DNA of 64,000 bases from Candidatus Giovannonibacteria bacterium (GCA_016186825.1 JACPKW010000005.1:66025-130024); one strand, 5' to 3'; shown: positions 52,563 through 62,971, counted from the stretch's first letter. The notes: generated by a model from the sequence alone, not told the origin. A program made the numbers and translations.

Positions 52563-52729
52563 AAAGTTCTTAATTATATCTCAAATGTCAAGACTTAATC
52601 AAGGGGCGGCTTGGCTCTGTTTAAGTTAAGATCGAGGTGAAAAGCATCTTACGAGGCGGTCTCCTTTATGAATTTTTTATTTTTTTGCGGTAAGTTGCAA
52701 AAACTTGATTGCGAGCGCATTATGTCGGC

Positions 52730-54049
52730 ATGCTTACCCGAGAAGATTTCAAGAAAGCGCCGTCGAGCCCGGGAATTTACTTTTTTAAAGATGGCGCCGG
52801 AAAAATAATTTATATCGGCAAAGCGCAAAATCTAAAATTGCGCCTTTTGAGCTATGCGAACGGAAATCTGGTCGAAGCCCGCAAAAAAACCATGCTCGAA
52901 GAAGCCGCCACAATAGAGTGGCGCGAACTTTCTTCAGACATTGAAGCCCTGATCGAGGAAGCGATCGCAATAAAAAGATACAAAACAAAATATAATATCG
53001 AGTTCCGTGATGACAAGCAATATTTTTTTGTAGTTTTTTTAAAACCTATGAAAATCTCAAAACAAAAATTTCCACGAGTTGTTATTACTCACCAACCACA
53101 AACTATAAATCATAAACTAAAAACTGTTTTCATAGGGCCATTCACGGACGGCGCGGCGTTAAAATCCGTATTGCGGATGCTGGAAAGAGCATTCCCCTAC
53201 TGCACCTGCAAAGTAATTCATATGCGGCCGTGCGTAAGATCGGAAATCGGCCGATGCCTCGGAATCTGCTGCGTTGAGGAAAAAGAAATGAAAAAATATT
53301 TTCCGGACTGGAAAAAACGTGAAAGAATTTATTTTAAAAATATCCGCAGAGTCAGAAGCATTTTGACGGGCCGGAAAAAAGATGTAATCACAGCACTCAC
53401 GCGGGAGATGAAGCAAGCAGCGAAAAACCAGAATTTTGAGAATGCAAAAATTTCTCGGGATCAGATAAGAGCTGTAGAAAATGTTTTTCGCCACCGACCA
53501 TTTATCAAGCGGGAAATAAATCCGGAGCGCCTGCATGCATTAGCCCTCGCAGAAGCGTTACTGAAACTTCCCGATATCCCGATCAGAATCGAGGGCTACG
53601 ACATGTCGAATCTCAAAGGAAAAGACGCGGTCGGATCCATGGTTGTTTTTGAGAATGGCGAACCCGCGAAATCCGAATACCGCCTTTTTAAAATCCGCAT
53701 GAAAAATCCCGAAACGGGCGGAGATGATACGGCGATGATCCAAGAAGTCCTTTCGCGCAGGCTTCGGCATGACGAGTGGCCTTTACCTGATATGATTATG
53801 ATTGACGGAGGGCTCGGCCAATGGAGCGCCGCAAAGAAAGTGCTCGATTTATATCAAATCCCGATTCCCCTAACCTCGCTCGCCAAAAGAGAAGAAGAGC
53901 TCTGGATCGGCCCGAGCGAAAAATATGCCCTGAAAAACTTGTCGCCCAAGCTTCTCCATCTTTTCGGGCATATTAGAAACGAAGCGCACCGATTTGCGAT
54001 TACTTTTCATAGAAATAGGCGCGCCAAATCTCTCTTTTTGCAAAATTGA
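52730..54049 (+). CDS. uvrC: Excinuclease ABC subunit C (short form)
   Basis: PGIY..IYIGKA, RIEGYD.S, IDGG.GQ, RNEAHRFA. Confidence 0.92.
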   Translation: MLTREDFKKAPSSPGIYFFKDGAGKIIYIGKAQNLKLRLLSYANGNLVEARKKTMLEEAATIEWRELSSDIEALIEEAIAIKRYKTKYNIEFRDDKQYFFVVFLKPMKISKQKFPRVVITHQPQTINHKLKTVFIGPFTDGAALKSVLRMLERAFPYCTCKVIHMRPCVRSEIGRCLGICCVEEKEMKKYFPDWKKRERIYFKNIRRVRSILTGRKKDVITALTREMKQAAKNQNFENAKISRDQIRAVENVFRHRPFIKREINPERLHALALAEALLKLPDIPIRIEGYDMSNLKGKDAVGSMVVFENGEPAKSEYRLFKIRMKNPETGGDDTAMIQEVLSRRLRHDEWPLPDMIMIDGGLGQWSAAKKVLDLYQIPIPLTSLAKREEELWIGPSEKYALKNLSPKLLHLFGHIRNEAHRFAITFHRNRRAKSLFLQN

Positions 54050-54082
54050 CCAAAAAGAGCTTTTAGGCTATATTCAGGATTA

Positions 54083-54313
54083 ATGTCATCTCTCGTTCTA
54101 GCGCTGCCCTATTTTCAGGTGGTGGTGTCAATCCTTCTTATTGTTGCAGTTTTGCTGCAGCAACGCGGCTCGGGCCTTTCGAGCACTTTCGGAGGCGAAG
54201 GGGGAGGCGCATATCAAACCAAACGCGGACTCGAAAAAATTCTTTTCGTTGCAACCATAGTGCTTGGCGCACTTTTTATTTTGACTGCCCTTCTGAATTT
54301 AATTCTTCAATAG
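54083..54313 (+). CDS. secG: Preprotein translocase SecG
   Basis: VLLQQRGSGLSSTFGG...RGLEK. Confidence 0.92.
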   Translation: MSSLVLALPYFQVVVSILLIVAVLLQQRGSGLSSTFGGEGGGAYQTKRGLEKILFVATIVLGALFILTALLNLILQ

Positions 54314-54345
54314 TTAATCACTCTAAACAAAGGAACTGAAAAACA

Positions 54346-56067
54346 ATGCTCCCGTCGTGGGACCAAATTCGTTATACCGCCCGCCAAATGTCCAGAGGCG
54401 AAAGAATACTTTCTTTAATTCTGATCGCATCCGCTGTCATCGGTTTTTTAGGCACGGTTAGCATACTTAATGCTCGTTTTTCATTTCTCGCGCCTGCCAA
54501 AGGCGGAACGCTCCATGAGGGAATCATCGGAAACCCGCATTTTGTAAATCCGCTTTTGGCGATTTCAGATACAGATCGCGACTTAGTTTCGTTGGTTTTT
54601 TCAGGACTGATGCGCCCTGACGGCCAAGGGAATCTCATTCCCGACCTTGCCGAACGCTATGAAGTTTCAGAGGACAGACTTTCCTACACATTTTATTTAA
54701 AAAACGACGCTTTTTTTCACGATCAAAAGGAGCTCAAGGCGGATGATATTGTTTTTACGGTCGCGCTCGCAAAAAACCCAAATTTAAAAAGTCCACTAAG
54801 GGCAAGCTGGGAGGGAGTCGAAACAGAAAAGGTAAACGACCGCACAGTGCGTTTTTGGCTCAAGCGCCCCTACGCGCAGTTTCTTGAAAATACAACGCTT
54901 GGAATTTTGCCCGAGCACATCTGGAAAAGCATCGATCCGGAGCAAATTTCGCTCGCAAAGGCGAATCTTAGACCTGTCGGTTCGGGGCCCTATAAAGTTC
55001 AGAATGTCGCAATCAATGCAAACGATGTAATCGAATCTTACACGTTAGAATCTTTTTCAGATTTCATTTCTGGAAAGCCCTTCGTTCAAAAAATTGTAAC
55101 TCATTTCTATCCATCCGAAGATGAACTGCTGAAAGCTCACGACAAAGGCGCAATCGACAGCTTCGGCGCAATTTCTCCAAAGAATGTTTCGAAAATCAAA
55201 AAAAACAATGTGGTTTTAAAAAGCTTGACGCTTCCCAGGATTTTCGCGGTATTTTTTAATCAAAATGAAAAAAAGCTTTTTACCGACAAAGCAGTGAGAG
55301 AAGCGCTTAACCTTGCGGCTGATAAAGATAAAATCGTGAAGGAGGTGCTCGAGGGGCATGGCGTTGCAATTTCATCTCCCCTGCCGCCCGGAACACTTGG
55401 TGCGATTAGCGTGACCAGCACAGAATATAATATTGAAAAAGCCCGAGCGATACTGGAGAAAAACGGATGGATAAAAAATTCTGAAACGGGAATTTATGAA
55501 AAAATTGAAAAGAAAAAAGTAGTGGAAACGCTCTCATTCTCGCTTGCAACTTCGAATTGGCCGGATTTAATTAGAGCGGCCGATATTCTCCGCGCGAGCT
55601 GGGAGGAACTCGGCGCAAAAGTTGAAGTAAAAGTATTTGAAATCGGTGATCTGAATCAAAACGTAATAAGCCCAAGAAAATACGATGCGTTATTATTCGG
55701 CGAAGTAGTTGGACGTGATCCTGATCCTTTCGCTTTCTGGCACTCTTCCCAGAGAAACAACCCGGGTTTAAACATCGCTCTTTACACTTCCGCAAAAGTT
55801 GATAAAATCCTAGAGACGGCGCGCACTCTTTCTTCTGCCGAAGATCGGGAAAAAGAATACGCGGAATTCCAAGAAGAAATTCAGGCAGATCTGCCAGCGA
55901 TTTTCCTATATTCTCCCTATTATTTGTACGTAGTTCCCAACAACTTAAAAGGTTTTTCTACCGAACATATCACCGTTCCTTCGGAAAGATTTTCCGGAGT
56001 AAACAAGTGGCATTTTGACACGATTTATATCTGGAAAATTTTTAAGCGTTTTATTCCGAATTATTAA
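54346..56067 (+). CDS. ABC peptide transporter substrate-binding protein (family 5)
   Basis: PDLAE....S.D..YTF.L, PVGSGPY, FWHSSQ. Confidence 0.9.
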   Translation: MLPSWDQIRYTARQMSRGERILSLILIASAVIGFLGTVSILNARFSFLAPAKGGTLHEGIIGNPHFVNPLLAISDTDRDLVSLVFSGLMRPDGQGNLIPDLAERYEVSEDRLSYTFYLKNDAFFHDQKELKADDIVFTVALAKNPNLKSPLRASWEGVETEKVNDRTVRFWLKRPYAQFLENTTLGILPEHIWKSIDPEQISLAKANLRPVGSGPYKVQNVAINANDVIESYTLESFSDFISGKPFVQKIVTHFYPSEDELLKAHDKGAIDSFGAISPKNVSKIKKNNVVLKSLTLPRIFAVFFNQNEKKLFTDKAVREALNLAADKDKIVKEVLEGHGVAISSPLPPGTLGAISVTSTEYNIEKARAILEKNGWIKNSETGIYEKIEKKKVVETLSFSLATSNWPDLIRAADILRASWEELGAKVEVKVFEIGDLNQNVISPRKYDALLFGEVVGRDPDPFAFWHSSQRNNPGLNIALYTSAKVDKILETARTLSSAEDREKEYAEFQEEIQADLPAIFLYSPYYLYVVPNNLKGFSTEHITVPSERFSGVNKWHFDTIYIWKIFKRFIPNY

Positions 56068-56083
56068 GATCGAAGAAACCAAA

Positions 56084-56872
56084 ATGAATCTTTTTTTGAA
56101 AACGGGGCTCGAACTCGAATACATAAACGGCGACATTGAGCTACCGGAGGACATATGCGTGCGCGATAAATGGGACCGCACTGTGGAAGCAATGAGCCCG
56201 GTATTATTCCTCTCGAACCCCGGAGACAAGCGCGCAATGTATCGGGTTTGGCGCGGTATCTACAAAAAAGAAGATGCTGAATTTTTTGATAATCTGAAAA
56301 TCAGCTACGACTTTACGGCCGTTTTCCCCGTAAAAATCAATAAAGAAATTGCAAAGACATTCGGGCATTATCATTCGCGCGACATGATGGGCGTTATGTA
56401 TCCTGAAATTCTGGAGGTCATATCCGGAAAAGTTTGGTGGATTTTGCAAAAACCCCGCCTCGATCCGAGCGAACTCGATGAAATCTATTTTGTGCAAATG
56501 GAGGCGGGAGAAAAAGTTATTATACCGGCGGGATACGGACACAATATTTCAAATCCCGCGGGCGAAGACCTAATTCTCGCAAATCTGCTCTGCACCGAGG
56601 ACAAACATGACTACAAAACTTACGAAAGTCTGCGGGGCGCAGGATATTATCTGATTGAAAGCGAAAACCAACAGGTAGAATTTAAAAAAAATACCTCCTA
56701 CAAATTCGTCCCTGAAATTATTAAATTGAAACCGAAAAATCCTCCGGGCCTGGGGCTCGATTTCAAAGAATCGCTTTATCAAATGGCCAAAAATCAAAAC
56801 TTGGAATTTCTTTCCAGGCCGCATAAATACGCCGCGCTTCTGACAATTGAAAATTGTTTTGAAAAAATCTAA
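56084..56872 (+). CDS. Cupin-type glucose-6-phosphate isomerase family
   Basis: KTFGHYH, YPEILEV, IP.GYGH..N; start uncertain. Confidence 0.82.
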   Translation: MNLFLKTGLELEYINGDIELPEDICVRDKWDRTVEAMSPVLFLSNPGDKRAMYRVWRGIYKKEDAEFFDNLKISYDFTAVFPVKINKEIAKTFGHYHSRDMMGVMYPEILEVISGKVWWILQKPRLDPSELDEIYFVQMEAGEKVIIPAGYGHNISNPAGEDLILANLLCTEDKHDYKTYESLRGAGYYLIESENQQVEFKKNTSYKFVPEIIKLKPKNPPGLGLDFKESLYQMAKNQNLEFLSRPHKYAALLTIENCFEKI

Positions 56873-56887
56873 GTATTGCTGGGCGAG

Positions 56888-57102
56888 TGGCGGAATCGGC
56901 AGACCTGCCTGCCGGCAGGCAGGCGCGCTGGTCCACCCTGTTAGAAATTTTAATAAATGAAATATTTATTCAGTCTGGTGCTGGGATGGCGGAATCGGCA
57001 GACCTGCCTGCCGGCAGGCAGGCGCGCTGGTCCACCCTGTTAGAAATTTTAATAAATGAAATATTTATTCAATCTGGTGCTGGGATGGCGGAATCGGCAG
57101 AC
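56888..57102 (+). repeat. 99 bp tandem duplication containing the palindrome CCTGCCTGCCGGCAGGCAGG
   Basis: TGGCGGAATCGGCAGAC at 56888, 56987 and 57086; one SNP between units. Confidence 0.92.
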
Positions 57103-57162
57103 GCGCACGCTTCAGGAGCGTGTAGGAGAAATCCTGTGGGAGTTCAAATCTCCCTCCCAGCA
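57079..57162 (+). tRNA. tRNA-Leu(CAG)
   Basis: GCTGGGA/TCCCAGC-A, CACGC-TT-CAG-GA-GCGTG, long variable arm. Confidence 0.93.
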
Positions 57163-57275
57163 CAGGGTTTATCGATTTCTAGCGGGGCAAGGAAGCCAGT
57201 GGGAGCAATCTCGTGGAGGTTCAAATCCTCTCTCGCCCGCCTTTAAAAACTAATTATCAGCATTAATATAATAAA

Positions 57276-59027
57276 ATGACACCACAAAAAGAGCTGGTTC
57301 GACCGGTCGAAATTATCAGGCGCCGGCCGCAATATTTGGCAAAAAAGCCTCCAAAAATTGAGACGGGGGTTTTGAAATTCATCCCGCTCGGCGGCTGCGG
57401 AGAGGTTACCCGCAGCATGTACATCTATGAATATGGAGATGATATCGTAATTATCGACATGGGACTGCAGTTTCCTGAAGAAGACATGCCAGGCATAGAT
57501 TATTTGATCCCGAACATCGAATATCTTATTCCAAAAAAGAAAAATATCCGCGGAATTATTATTACCCATGGCCACTACGATCATATCGGCGCAATCCCCC
57601 ATCTTGTGGAACCGCTCGGCCATCCCCCCGTCTATACCATGCCTTTAACGCGCGGCATGATTTTGAAAAGACAGGAGGATTTCAAACATCTGGGAAAATT
57701 GAGCGTAGAAGTCATCCGGGAAGATTCCAAACTAAAATTCGGCTCCTTTGAAGTCGAATTCTTCCGGGTAAACCACAACATTCCTGATTCGATCGGTGTT
57801 ATCCTAAAAAGTCCTGCAGGGACAATCGTGCATACCGGCGACTGGAAATTCGATCATACTCCTGTGAACGAAAAGCCGATCGACGTGGAAAGATTAAAAG
57901 GAATCGGCGATAAAGGCGTGATGCTTTTAGTCTCCGACTCAACCGGCGCAAAAGACGCGGGACGGACAATTTCGGAATCTGAAATTCAAAAAAATCTTGA
58001 AGAAATATTCAAAAATGCGAAGGGGCGTATAATCTGCGCCACATTTTCTTCGCTTTTAACGCGCATTCAGCAACTGATCTGGCTTTCGGAAAAATACGGC
58101 AGAAAAGTCCTTGTGGAGGGCTATTCCATGAAATCAAATGTGGCAGTATCGCAGGAACTCGGCTATTTGAAAGTTAAGAGAGGAACATTCATTGGCCGCG
58201 AAGAGTTCGAGACCTTGCCGGACGAACAAGTTACCATAATCTGCACGGGCGCGCAGGGCGAAGACCACGCCGTTATGATGCGGATTGCAAACAGCGAACA
58301 TAAGTTTTTGTCGCTTAAGGGAAGCGACTCGGTAGTGTTCTCTTCTTCGGTCGTGCCTGGAAACGAAGCCTCGGTCCAGCGCTTAAAAGATCTTCTTTAC
58401 AAAAAGGCCGGAAAAATTTATCACTCCGAGTCCATGGATATTCATGCTTCTGGGCACGCAAAGAGCGAAGATATAAAAGATATGATCCGGCTGATCCGGC
58501 CGCGTTATTTTATTCCGATGCACGGAAATTATTTCATGCTCCGGATCCACGCGGAGCTCGCGATAGAAGCGGGAGTGAAAGGCGAACATGTTGCGATCGC
58601 GGAAGACGGCGAAATAATTGAGATGAATTCAAATCAATTCAGAAAATCAAAAGAAAAAGCGCCTACAAGTTATGTAATGGTGGACGGCCTTGGTGTAGGC
58701 GATATTAAAGAAGTCGTGCTTCGCGACAGGCAGATGTTATCGGAAGACGGCATCTTTGTGATTATTGCCGTTGTTGACTCGCAAAGCGGGAAAATTAAGG
58801 GCTCGCCCGATATCATCTCGCGCGGCTTTGTTTATCTGAAAGAATCCAGAGAGCTTCTGGCTTCAGCGCGGCATTTGGTCAAAAAAGTTACGGAAGAAAC
58901 CACAAGCCAAATGCACCCGATCAACTGGGCGTTTTTGCGGGACGAAATCAGGGAGGAACTAGGCAAATTCTTGTTCAGAAAGACCAAACGCCGCCCAATG
59001 GTCCTTCCAGTTATAATCGAGATTTAA
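57276..59027 (+). CDS. rnj: Ribonuclease J
   Basis: THGHYDHIG, HTGDWKFD, HASGH, RRPMVLPV. Confidence 0.96.
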   Translation: MTPQKELVRPVEIIRRRPQYLAKKPPKIETGVLKFIPLGGCGEVTRSMYIYEYGDDIVIIDMGLQFPEEDMPGIDYLIPNIEYLIPKKKNIRGIIITHGHYDHIGAIPHLVEPLGHPPVYTMPLTRGMILKRQEDFKHLGKLSVEVIREDSKLKFGSFEVEFFRVNHNIPDSIGVILKSPAGTIVHTGDWKFDHTPVNEKPIDVERLKGIGDKGVMLLVSDSTGAKDAGRTISESEIQKNLEEIFKNAKGRIICATFSSLLTRIQQLIWLSEKYGRKVLVEGYSMKSNVAVSQELGYLKVKRGTFIGREEFETLPDEQVTIICTGAQGEDHAVMMRIANSEHKFLSLKGSDSVVFSSSVVPGNEASVQRLKDLLYKKAGKIYHSESMDIHASGHAKSEDIKDMIRLIRPRYFIPMHGNYFMLRIHAELAIEAGVKGEHVAIAEDGEIIEMNSNQFRKSKEKAPTSYVMVDGLGVGDIKEVVLRDRQMLSEDGIFVIIAVVDSQSGKIKGSPDIISRGFVYLKESRELLASARHLVKKVTEETTSQMHPINWAFLRDEIREELGKFLFRKTKRRPMVLPVIIEI

Positions 59028-59073
59028 TAATCAGAACGCAATACTTCCTAAAACAAAAACGCTTCTGTAGAAT

Positions 59074-60072
59074 ATGAAAATGGCGGTAAATAAAAAAATA
59101 GCCGTAAGCGGAGTTCGCCCTTCAGGCGAGCTTCATCTTGGCAACTATTTGGGGGCAATAAAACAGTTTGTTGAACTGCAAAAAAAATATAAAACCTTCT
59201 TTTTCATCGCTGATCTCCATGCTATTACCGAGCCTCAAGACCCTAAAAATTTAAGCAAGCAGACTTTGGATATTGCCACTCTTTACCTCGCTTGCGGACT
59301 CAAAGCTAAAGAAACTGTTTTATTTGTCCAATCACACGTTCCGGCGCATGTTGAACTAGGCTGGATGCTAAACACAATAACACCGCTGGGAGAGCTCGAA
59401 CGAATGACCCAATTTAAAGAAAAAAGTGAAAGACAAGGACTTTTGGCAGGACTCCTGAATTACCCGGTTCAAATGGCCGCAGATATTTTGCTGTATCAAG
59501 CTGAAATAGTGCCGGTAGGCGAAGACCAGGTTCAGCATTTGGAACTCGCGAGAACACTCGCGAGAAAATTTAATACACGCTTCGGAAATACTTTTAAGGA
59601 GCCCCAGGCGCTTCTTAGAAAAGAGGGTGCAAGAGTAATGGGCCTCGATGATCCCTCAAAAAAAATGTCGAAATCAGCACCGAGCGCGAATAACTATATC
59701 GGCGTGTTTGACGACCCCGAAAACATTCGGCGCAAAATTAAAATAGCGGTGACTGATTCCGGAAAAGAAATTGTTTATGACCCGACCAAAAAGCCGGGGA
59801 TTTCAAATCTGCTCGTAATTATGAGCCAAATCAGCGATACCTCCGTAAAAGAACTCGAGGCAAAATACAAAAATAAAAGCTACGGCGAATTTAAAAACGA
59901 TCTCGCTGAAGCTTTGGTTCAAAAATTGTCGCCGATCCAGAAAAAATATCGGGAACTTTCAAAGAACCCCAAAAAAATTCTAACGATACTGAAAAGGGGG
60001 GCCGAAGACGCAAATAAAATTGCTTCGCAAACGCTTCTTGAAGCAAAAAGGAAAATGGGCTTTTTAATTTAG
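59074..60072 (+). CDS. trpS: Tryptophan--tRNA ligase
   Basis: HLGN, VPVGEDQ.QHLE, KMSKS. Confidence 0.97.
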   Translation: MKMAVNKKIAVSGVRPSGELHLGNYLGAIKQFVELQKKYKTFFFIADLHAITEPQDPKNLSKQTLDIATLYLACGLKAKETVLFVQSHVPAHVELGWMLNTITPLGELERMTQFKEKSERQGLLAGLLNYPVQMAADILLYQAEIVPVGEDQVQHLELARTLARKFNTRFGNTFKEPQALLRKEGARVMGLDDPSKKMSKSAPSANNYIGVFDDPENIRRKIKIAVTDSGKEIVYDPTKKPGISNLLVIMSQISDTSVKELEAKYKNKSYGEFKNDLAEALVQKLSPIQKKYRELSKNPKKILTILKRGAEDANKIASQTLLEAKRKMGFLI

Positions 60073-61445
60073 ACTCTCTCGGCGCCTAAATCTGTGAGAA
60101 AACCCAGAAGTTCTTTTTCTTTTTCGCCAAACGTTTTTCTGTTCTCCGCTTCAAAAACAAGGCGTAATATATCTTCCGTGTTCGAAGGCCTGATATTGAA
60201 CCACCAATTTGAAAAATCCACAGTCAGGCCGTCGAGATAATTCCTCTCGCCTGCCCCATACTTTTCTTCAAGTTTTTTGAGAATTTGATCTTTACCTTTA
60301 GCCTTAAAATTTATTTCTCCCGAATGAGCGTAGCGGAAAAAAGTCTTCACAAGAGCCGAAAGCTTTTTTTTTGATTCAGATAGAATCTCCAAAATTTTCA
60401 TCGCTGCAAAAAGCGCGGAATCCGAATTAAAAAAATCTCTGAAGAAAAAATGGCCGGATAGTTCTCCACCCAATAACGCCTTATGCTCGCGCATAACCGT
60501 ATTCATGAATGTGCGGCCGACACGCGATTTTTCGGACTTTATGCCAAGCTCCTCAAGATCCTCCCTCAACGCCCTTGAAGACCGCAGGTCAAAAACGACT
60601 GTGTCCCCCCTTTTTGCGATTCTCGAAGCAAGCAGCCATAAAACAGCATCGCTCCTGACTTCTTCTCCCATTTCATTCAAAACCACCACGCGGTCGCCGT
60701 CCACATCAAAAATAAAACCGGCCTCTGCTCCAGTTTCTAATATTTTCTCGCGGGCCGGAATTTGAGCTTCCTTAGAAAGAGGATTTGGCAAATGGTTTTT
60801 CAGGTAAGAATCTTTTTCTAAAAAAAGGCAGTCTGATTCCAAATTTATTTTTTTTAAAATATCAGGGAGAATCGCGCCCACCGAACCGCCTGCTGCGTCG
60901 AAAACCACTTTAGGCTTTCTTTTGAACCGGGCATTCGACGCAATAAAATCGACATATTCCGAGCGATAATCTTTTTTTGTTAAGAAGCCGCCGGCGCTGT
61001 CTTCGGCTATTTTGCCCGAATTGACAATTCGAATAATTTCTTTTAGGCCTACATCTTCGCTCATTGCCCTAAATCCTTCAAATAATTTCAGCCCGTTGTA
61101 TTCTACTGGATTGTGCGAAGCCGTAATCATGATTCCTCCTTTTGCTTTGCTTTTCGCAAGCGAAAAAGTGAATTGCGGCGTCGTAGACAAGCCGAGATCC
61201 CAAACTTCCGCCCCGCATGCGACAAGCGTTTTTGTAACTTCTTTCGAAATTTCGGGTGAACTCCAACGCACATCCCCGCCAACCAAAATAACATTTTTTC
61301 CAGGAAATTTATCTAGAAATTTTATAAACCCCCGCACAATAAGTTCAACATTATTTGGATCGAGATCTTCAGGATAGCGCCCTCTGATGTCATAGGCGTG
61401 AAATACTTTCGAATTAAAAGCTTGCAGTTTATGATTGATATCCAT
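60069..61445 (-). CDS. Phosphomannomutase/phosphoglucomutase
   Basis: YDIRG, TASHNP, FDVDGDR, GELSGH, RPSNTE. Confidence 0.93.
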   Translation of the reverse strand: MDINHKLQAFNSKVFHAYDIRGRYPEDLDPNNVELIVRGFIKFLDKFPGKNVILVGGDVRWSSPEISKEVTKTLVACGAEVWDLGLSTTPQFTFSLAKSKAKGGIMITASHNPVEYNGLKLFEGFRAMSEDVGLKEIIRIVNSGKIAEDSAGGFLTKKDYRSEYVDFIASNARFKRKPKVVFDAAGGSVGAILPDILKKINLESDCLFLEKDSYLKNHLPNPLSKEAQIPAREKILETGAEAGFIFDVDGDRVVVLNEMGEEVRSDAVLWLLASRIAKRGDTVVFDLRSSRALREDLEELGIKSEKSRVGRTFMNTVMREHKALLGGELSGHFFFRDFFNSDSALFAAMKILEILSESKKKLSALVKTFFRYAHSGEINFKAKGKDQILKKLEEKYGAGERNYLDGLTVDFSNWWFNIRPSNTEDILRLVFEAENRKTFGEKEKELLGFLTDLGAERV

Positions 61446-61501
61446 GTCTTTTCATAATAACATGAAGAAACTTTCGAATTTATCAACTTTTACGCGAAAA
61501 T

Positions 61502-62527
61502 ATGTCCTTAAAGATTGGAATTGTAGGACTCCCGAACGTTGGGAAATCCACGCTGTTTCAAGCGCTCACGAAAAAAGCGGTTGACCGTTCAAATTATCCA
61601 TTTGCAACTATTGATCCGAATATCGGCGTAGTTGCCGTGCCCGATGGGCGGCTCGAAAAGTTAGCCATTTTGTCCAAATCCGCGAAAATAATTCCTGCCA
61701 TTGTTGAATTTGTCGATATCGCAGGGCTTGTCAAAGGCGCGGCCGCGGGCGAAGGGCTCGGAAATCAATTCCTCACGCACATAAAAAATGTGGACGCAAT
61801 CGTTGAGGTAGTCAGAGTTTTTAAAGACGCTTCCGTTACGCATGTGGAAGGCGAGCCGAATCCGAAGCGAGATATTGAAATTATCGAAGCCGAACTTATT
61901 TTAAAGGATCTTGAAGTTTTGGAAAAAGCGCTGCAAAAGCTAGGACGAGAATCTAAATCCGGGGATAAAAAGATTGCTGAAAAATTCGAAAAGCTCAAGA
62001 CGCTGATTTCAAAACTAAATGGCGGATCTTTAGAATTTTCTCCGGAAGAAAAAACACTCGCCGGCGAGTATGAACTGCTGGTTTCAAAGCCGCGTCTCTA
62101 CTGCTTTAACGCCAAATTCGCGCACGAGATCCCGGCGGGCTATGAAAAAAATTCAGTCATTCTGGATTTAAAACAAGAATTCGAAGTGAGCGAACTTTCT
62201 AAAGAAGAAAAAAGAGAGCTCGGGGTTGCATCCGATCTCGGCAAACTCATAGTAAAAGCTTATGAGATTTTGAATTTGATCAGTTTTTTTACAACGGGCG
62301 AAGACGAAACCCGCGCCTGGACAATCCCGAAAGGATCCAAAGCGCCGCGCGCCGGACGCGCGATTCACGGCGATTTCGAGAATAAATTCATCAGAGCAGA
62401 GGTAATAGGCGCCGAAGACCTGCTCGCCTCAGAAAGCATCGCTAAAGCGCGAGAAAAGGGCCTAATGCGGATTGAGGGAAAAGATTACGTGGTAAAAGAC
62501 GGAGATGTGATTGAATTTAGAATTTAG
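61502..62527 (+). CDS. ychF: Obg-family ATPase YchF
   Basis: GLPNVGKSTLF, YPFATIDPN, EGKDYVVKDGD. Confidence 0.96.
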   Translation: MSLKIGIVGLPNVGKSTLFQALTKKAVDRSNYPFATIDPNIGVVAVPDGRLEKLAILSKSAKIIPAIVEFVDIAGLVKGAAAGEGLGNQFLTHIKNVDAIVEVVRVFKDASVTHVEGEPNPKRDIEIIEAELILKDLEVLEKALQKLGRESKSGDKKIAEKFEKLKTLISKLNGGSLEFSPEEKTLAGEYELLVSKPRLYCFNAKFAHEIPAGYEKNSVILDLKQEFEVSELSKEEKRELGVASDLGKLIVKAYEILNLISFFTTGEDETRAWTIPKGSKAPRAGRAIHGDFENKFIRAEVIGAEDLLASESIAKAREKGLMRIEGKDYVVKDGDVIEFRI

Positions 62528-62569
62528 AGCGAGCTTGCCTCCCATCGCATTATCCACTATAATCTTCCA

Positions 62570-62971
62570 ATGACCCAAGAATCAAAATTATACGAAATTT
62601 CATTTTTTTTCGAAAGTGAGGCAGACGAAGACAGGGAAAAAATCGCCTCCGCGATAAGAAAAGAAATAGAGGACCGAAAAGGGATGATATTGGAAGAACG
62701 AATTTCTTCAAGAAAACTGCGCCTCGGCTATCTGATTCAAAAGAAAAGAGAGGCCTTTCTTGGCTGTTTTAAATTCTTATTGCTACCTTTGGAAATCGCA
62801 AGTTTAAAAAATTCACTTCAAAACGCGCAAATTTTGCGTTTTGAAATTGTAAAAAGCGCTAAGACCGAGCCTGAAAGAAGCGCATCGGCAAGAAAAATTA
62901 AAAAAACGGCCGAAACTCCGGCAAACCCCGAAGAAATCGATAAAAAATTGGAAGAGATATTGGGGAAATAA
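62570..62971 (+). CDS. rpsF: 30S ribosomal protein S6
   Basis: LYE, RLGY.I.K motif; synteny with ssb-rpsR. Confidence 0.85.
   Translation: MTQESKLYEISFFFESEADEDREKIASAIRKEIEDRKGMILEERISSRKLRLGYLIQKKREAFLGCFKFLLLPLEIASLKNSLQNAQILRFEIVKSAKTEPERSASARKIKKTAETPANPEEIDKKLEEILGK

Larger units (their letters stand above)
56881..57239 (+). pseudogene. Disrupted outer tRNA-Leu (5' half 56881-56933, 3' half ~57188-57239)
   Basis: Acceptor GGGCGAG/CTCGCCC, Leu-type D arm, CTGGT/GCCAG anticodon stem, T arm GAGGTTCAAATCCTC. Confidence 0.7.

Noticed and set aside
56888-57102. Possible CRISPR array
   Set aside because: The 'spacers' are near-identical, the repeats are tRNA D arms, and no cas genes are present in the window.
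56887-57246. 119 aa ORF with repeated MAESADLPAGRQA
   Set aside because: Translation of tRNA fragments and palindromes, not a protein.
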